DNA of 64,000 nucleotides from Batkoa obscura (taxonomy: Eukaryota), in NCBI GenBank assembly GCA_030770535.1, contig JASVEC010000018.1, forward strand, positions 310,001-374,000, given 5' to 3'. Each line of letters opens with the position of its first letter. Within the stretch, counting starts at the first letter, position 1. The translations under genes and the position numbers were made by a program. The notes under the pieces were generated by a model. The model searched no databases, was not told the origin of the DNA, and saw only the letters and a program-made list of their open reading frames with translations. Shown here one piece after another: positions 60,367 through 64,000 of this stretch.

Positions 60367-61230
60367 ATGAATCCTAACAATCCCAATCGAAATGATGGTT
60401 ATGGTGTATATGAACCTATACCACAACATGTTAATCCACCAGGCTATTCTGAGTCTAATACAAATACTAAAAAGTATAATTCATCACAACCTAACGATTA
60501 TGTTGACTATCCACAAACTAATGTCAATAACAGCAGTGCTCCAAGTGCTGATGATTTTTTATATGGTTCATCAGTAGCCGATTGCGATATCAGTATCCGA
60601 CACGCCTTTATATTTAAAGTATATTCTATTTTAACCGTTCAATTATTAGCTACTGCTTTTTTCAGTATATTATTTTCTTCTGTAAACTCAATTCAATTAT
60701 TTTTATTTCGAAATGTATGGATAGTTTATGTATCAATGGGATTAACCATTGTAAATATGATTTTGCTTTTATGGAAACGTCATAGCTATCCTTTGAACTT
60801 TGCATTATTGAGTAGTTTTACAATATTGGAAAGTGTGGGTTTAGGGGTAACTATTTCATTTTATAGTCAATTGGTAGTACTACAGGCCTTAATATTAACC
60901 CTTGGTATTTTTATTGTATTAACATTAATTGCTTTACAATCCAAATACGATTTTACTAGCTGGCAACCATATCTTGGTGTTGCACTTTGGATTGTTATAT
61001 TATTATCGTTTGTTCAGATTTTCTTCCCATTTGGTTCTACTTTTGAATTATTTATTGCTATTGGTACTGCTATCTTGTTTTGTGGCTATATTTTAGTCGA
61101 TACTCATATGCTTATGAGTCGACTTAATCCAGATGAATATATTGTGGCTTCAGTAGAACTTTATTTGGATATTCTTAATTTATTTTTGGCTATATTAAGG
61201 ATTCTTGGATCTTCTAATGATAGGGATTAA
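60367..61230 (+). CDS. BXI1: Bax inhibitor-1 / TMBIM family protein (Bxi1/LFG4-like)
   Basis: IRHAFIFKVYSILTVQL, seven hydrophobic segments, PDEYIVASVELYLDILNLFL. Confidence 0.92.
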   Translation: MNPNNPNRNDGYGVYEPIPQHVNPPGYSESNTNTKKYNSSQPNDYVDYPQTNVNNSSAPSADDFLYGSSVADCDISIRHAFIFKVYSILTVQLLATAFFSILFSSVNSIQLFLFRNVWIVYVSMGLTIVNMILLLWKRHSYPLNFALLSSFTILESVGLGVTISFYSQLVVLQALILTLGIFIVLTLIALQSKYDFTSWQPYLGVALWIVILLSFVQIFFPFGSTFELFIAIGTAILFCGYILVDTHMLMSRLNPDEYIVASVELYLDILNLFLAILRILGSSNDRD

Positions 61231-61423
61231 TAAGTAGTATTAGTTTATTAAAGTATCATTTTTATGCTTATTTGTATCATTTTATTTTATAATTTTTATT
61301 CTGTTTTTTAAACTAGTTGCATAAATTAATTATAATTAAGTAGTATTCTTTTGCAATGACTTCTAAAAATAAACTTTTGAATTTTAAATTATTACTTTTC
61401 TGCCTTTTTGACTGAAATCAAAA

Positions 61424-62576
61424 ATGACCATTTCAACTAGCAATAATCAAGAAACAATAACATCTAGGTCTGTTACAGGAGGTAAGTCACATCTCATATT
61501 AAAAGTAACAAATTGAGCACTCAGCCATAATTTTAAAAGAATCCGACAGTGGTATCATTGATCTCAGCAATCACAGTTCCATTCCTTATAGGGAAGGTTT
61601 TATGAAATATCGAAATTCAATAACAAAAGAAACTTTAAGGGCTCATTTAAGTCAATTAACTTCATCTTCTTCCAACAACGCTTCAATTAAAGAAACTATA
61701 AAACCTAGTCAATATGGAGAATATAGTAGGAATCGAACCTTTTTTGGCTCAACCGTAGTATCTAAAAATGAACTTTTGGATCCATTTGAAAAGAAAGAAG
61801 GAATGGGAGGAGTGAAAGAAGAGATAAAAGAAAATAAATTAATGAAAGGAGAAGAATTTTTATCATTTGAAAAAGGTAATTAATAGATATTAGAATAAAG
61901 TCTTTATTATTGATATTGATTTATTAGTATTTGAAGAAAGAAAATTGAAATTATCTCAATTAGATAAAAAAGAAGAAGTTAAATTAAAAGTTATTGACCC
62001 TAAATTAAAATATTTAATTATTGGTTATATATTGATTATTTTATTTAGTGTATTAAAAGCAAGTTGGTGGTAAGTGAAATGAATTAGTTATTATTGTTAT
62101 TACTAATTATATTGTTATTTATATTATTATTTATATCAATAATATATTATTTTTAGTTACCTTAGTTCTAATAATACTAAATGCATTGATGGGCCATTTT
62201 ATACTGGTAAGGAAAAATTATTATTTATACTGGAATTGAAAATAATGATAATTAATATTTTATTTATATATTAGTTATATTATTATTCTTATTTTACCCA
62301 TTTTTATTATTGTATGTTCAAGGTTACTTTGAATTACAAAATTTAAAAAAATTATACCCATTTTTATTTGGCAGTAAGTGATTGATTTATCTTTTGTATT
62401 GAGAAATTAATCTTTTATTTTATTTATAGAACCTAAATTAGAAATAGTTAAAAAAGAACCTAGTGAAAATGGTAAGTATTGAAACATTTATTAAGATAAA
62501 TATTTTTAATTTTATTTTAGAAAAAATAATTGCTAATTCCAAATCTTTAAATGCCTATTTTAAAAATCCAGTATAA
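61424..62576 (+). CDS. Hypothetical multi-exon membrane protein with two C-terminal TM segments
   Basis: ATG at 61424; about 6 short GT-AG introns link ORF 61602..61883 to hydrophobic exons and a TAA at 62574..62576. Model built by eye. Confidence 0.55.
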
Positions 62577-62775
62577 ATATTAATTAAAACATAAAAAACA
62601 AAATGTTTTTTTTTTAGAAATCTATATTCTATTCTACTCCATTCTATTGATTAATATTTATTAATAAATATTATATGAAAAAGTTGAATTTCAATAGAAA
62701 GATATCAAATAGTTTTATTAAACTTCAAAATAAAAAACTAATAATCGAACTTTATCTTAATCCTTTTCTCTTTTT

Positions 62776-64000
<1,225 letters not shown>

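Overview
Very AT-rich eukaryotic DNA with many ~45-60 nt GT-AG introns. The gene content suggests an early-diverging fungus; a Zoopagomycota/Entomophthorales-like lineage is an inference only. Housekeeping genes: LisH-WD40 protein, cytochrome P450 (11 introns), DPM3, MCT-type MFS transporter, GH38 alpha-mannosidase, HAD pyrimidine 5'-nucleotidase, SPC2, TIM54, BI-1 family protein, the 3' part of a SulP/STAS/cNMP transporter, and an initiator tRNA-Met. Accessory content: (1) a P5-type ATPase with a signal peptide and a 13-Cys N-terminal domain; (2) a tandem family of three secreted coiled-coil proteins, one with a ~600-aa Gly-Ala-Asn repeat; (3) two divergent pRiA4b-ORF3-like genes; (4) a Cys-rich secreted peptide and its pseudogene; (5) two intact tandem IS630/Tc1-like genes that both lack the second catalytic Asp and share a promoter motif, so are candidate domesticated transposases; (6) about 29 copies of a ~100-bp MITE plus two other foldback elements; (7) a small spliced gene missed by the ORF track. 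All calls come from motif recognition by eye; no searches were run.
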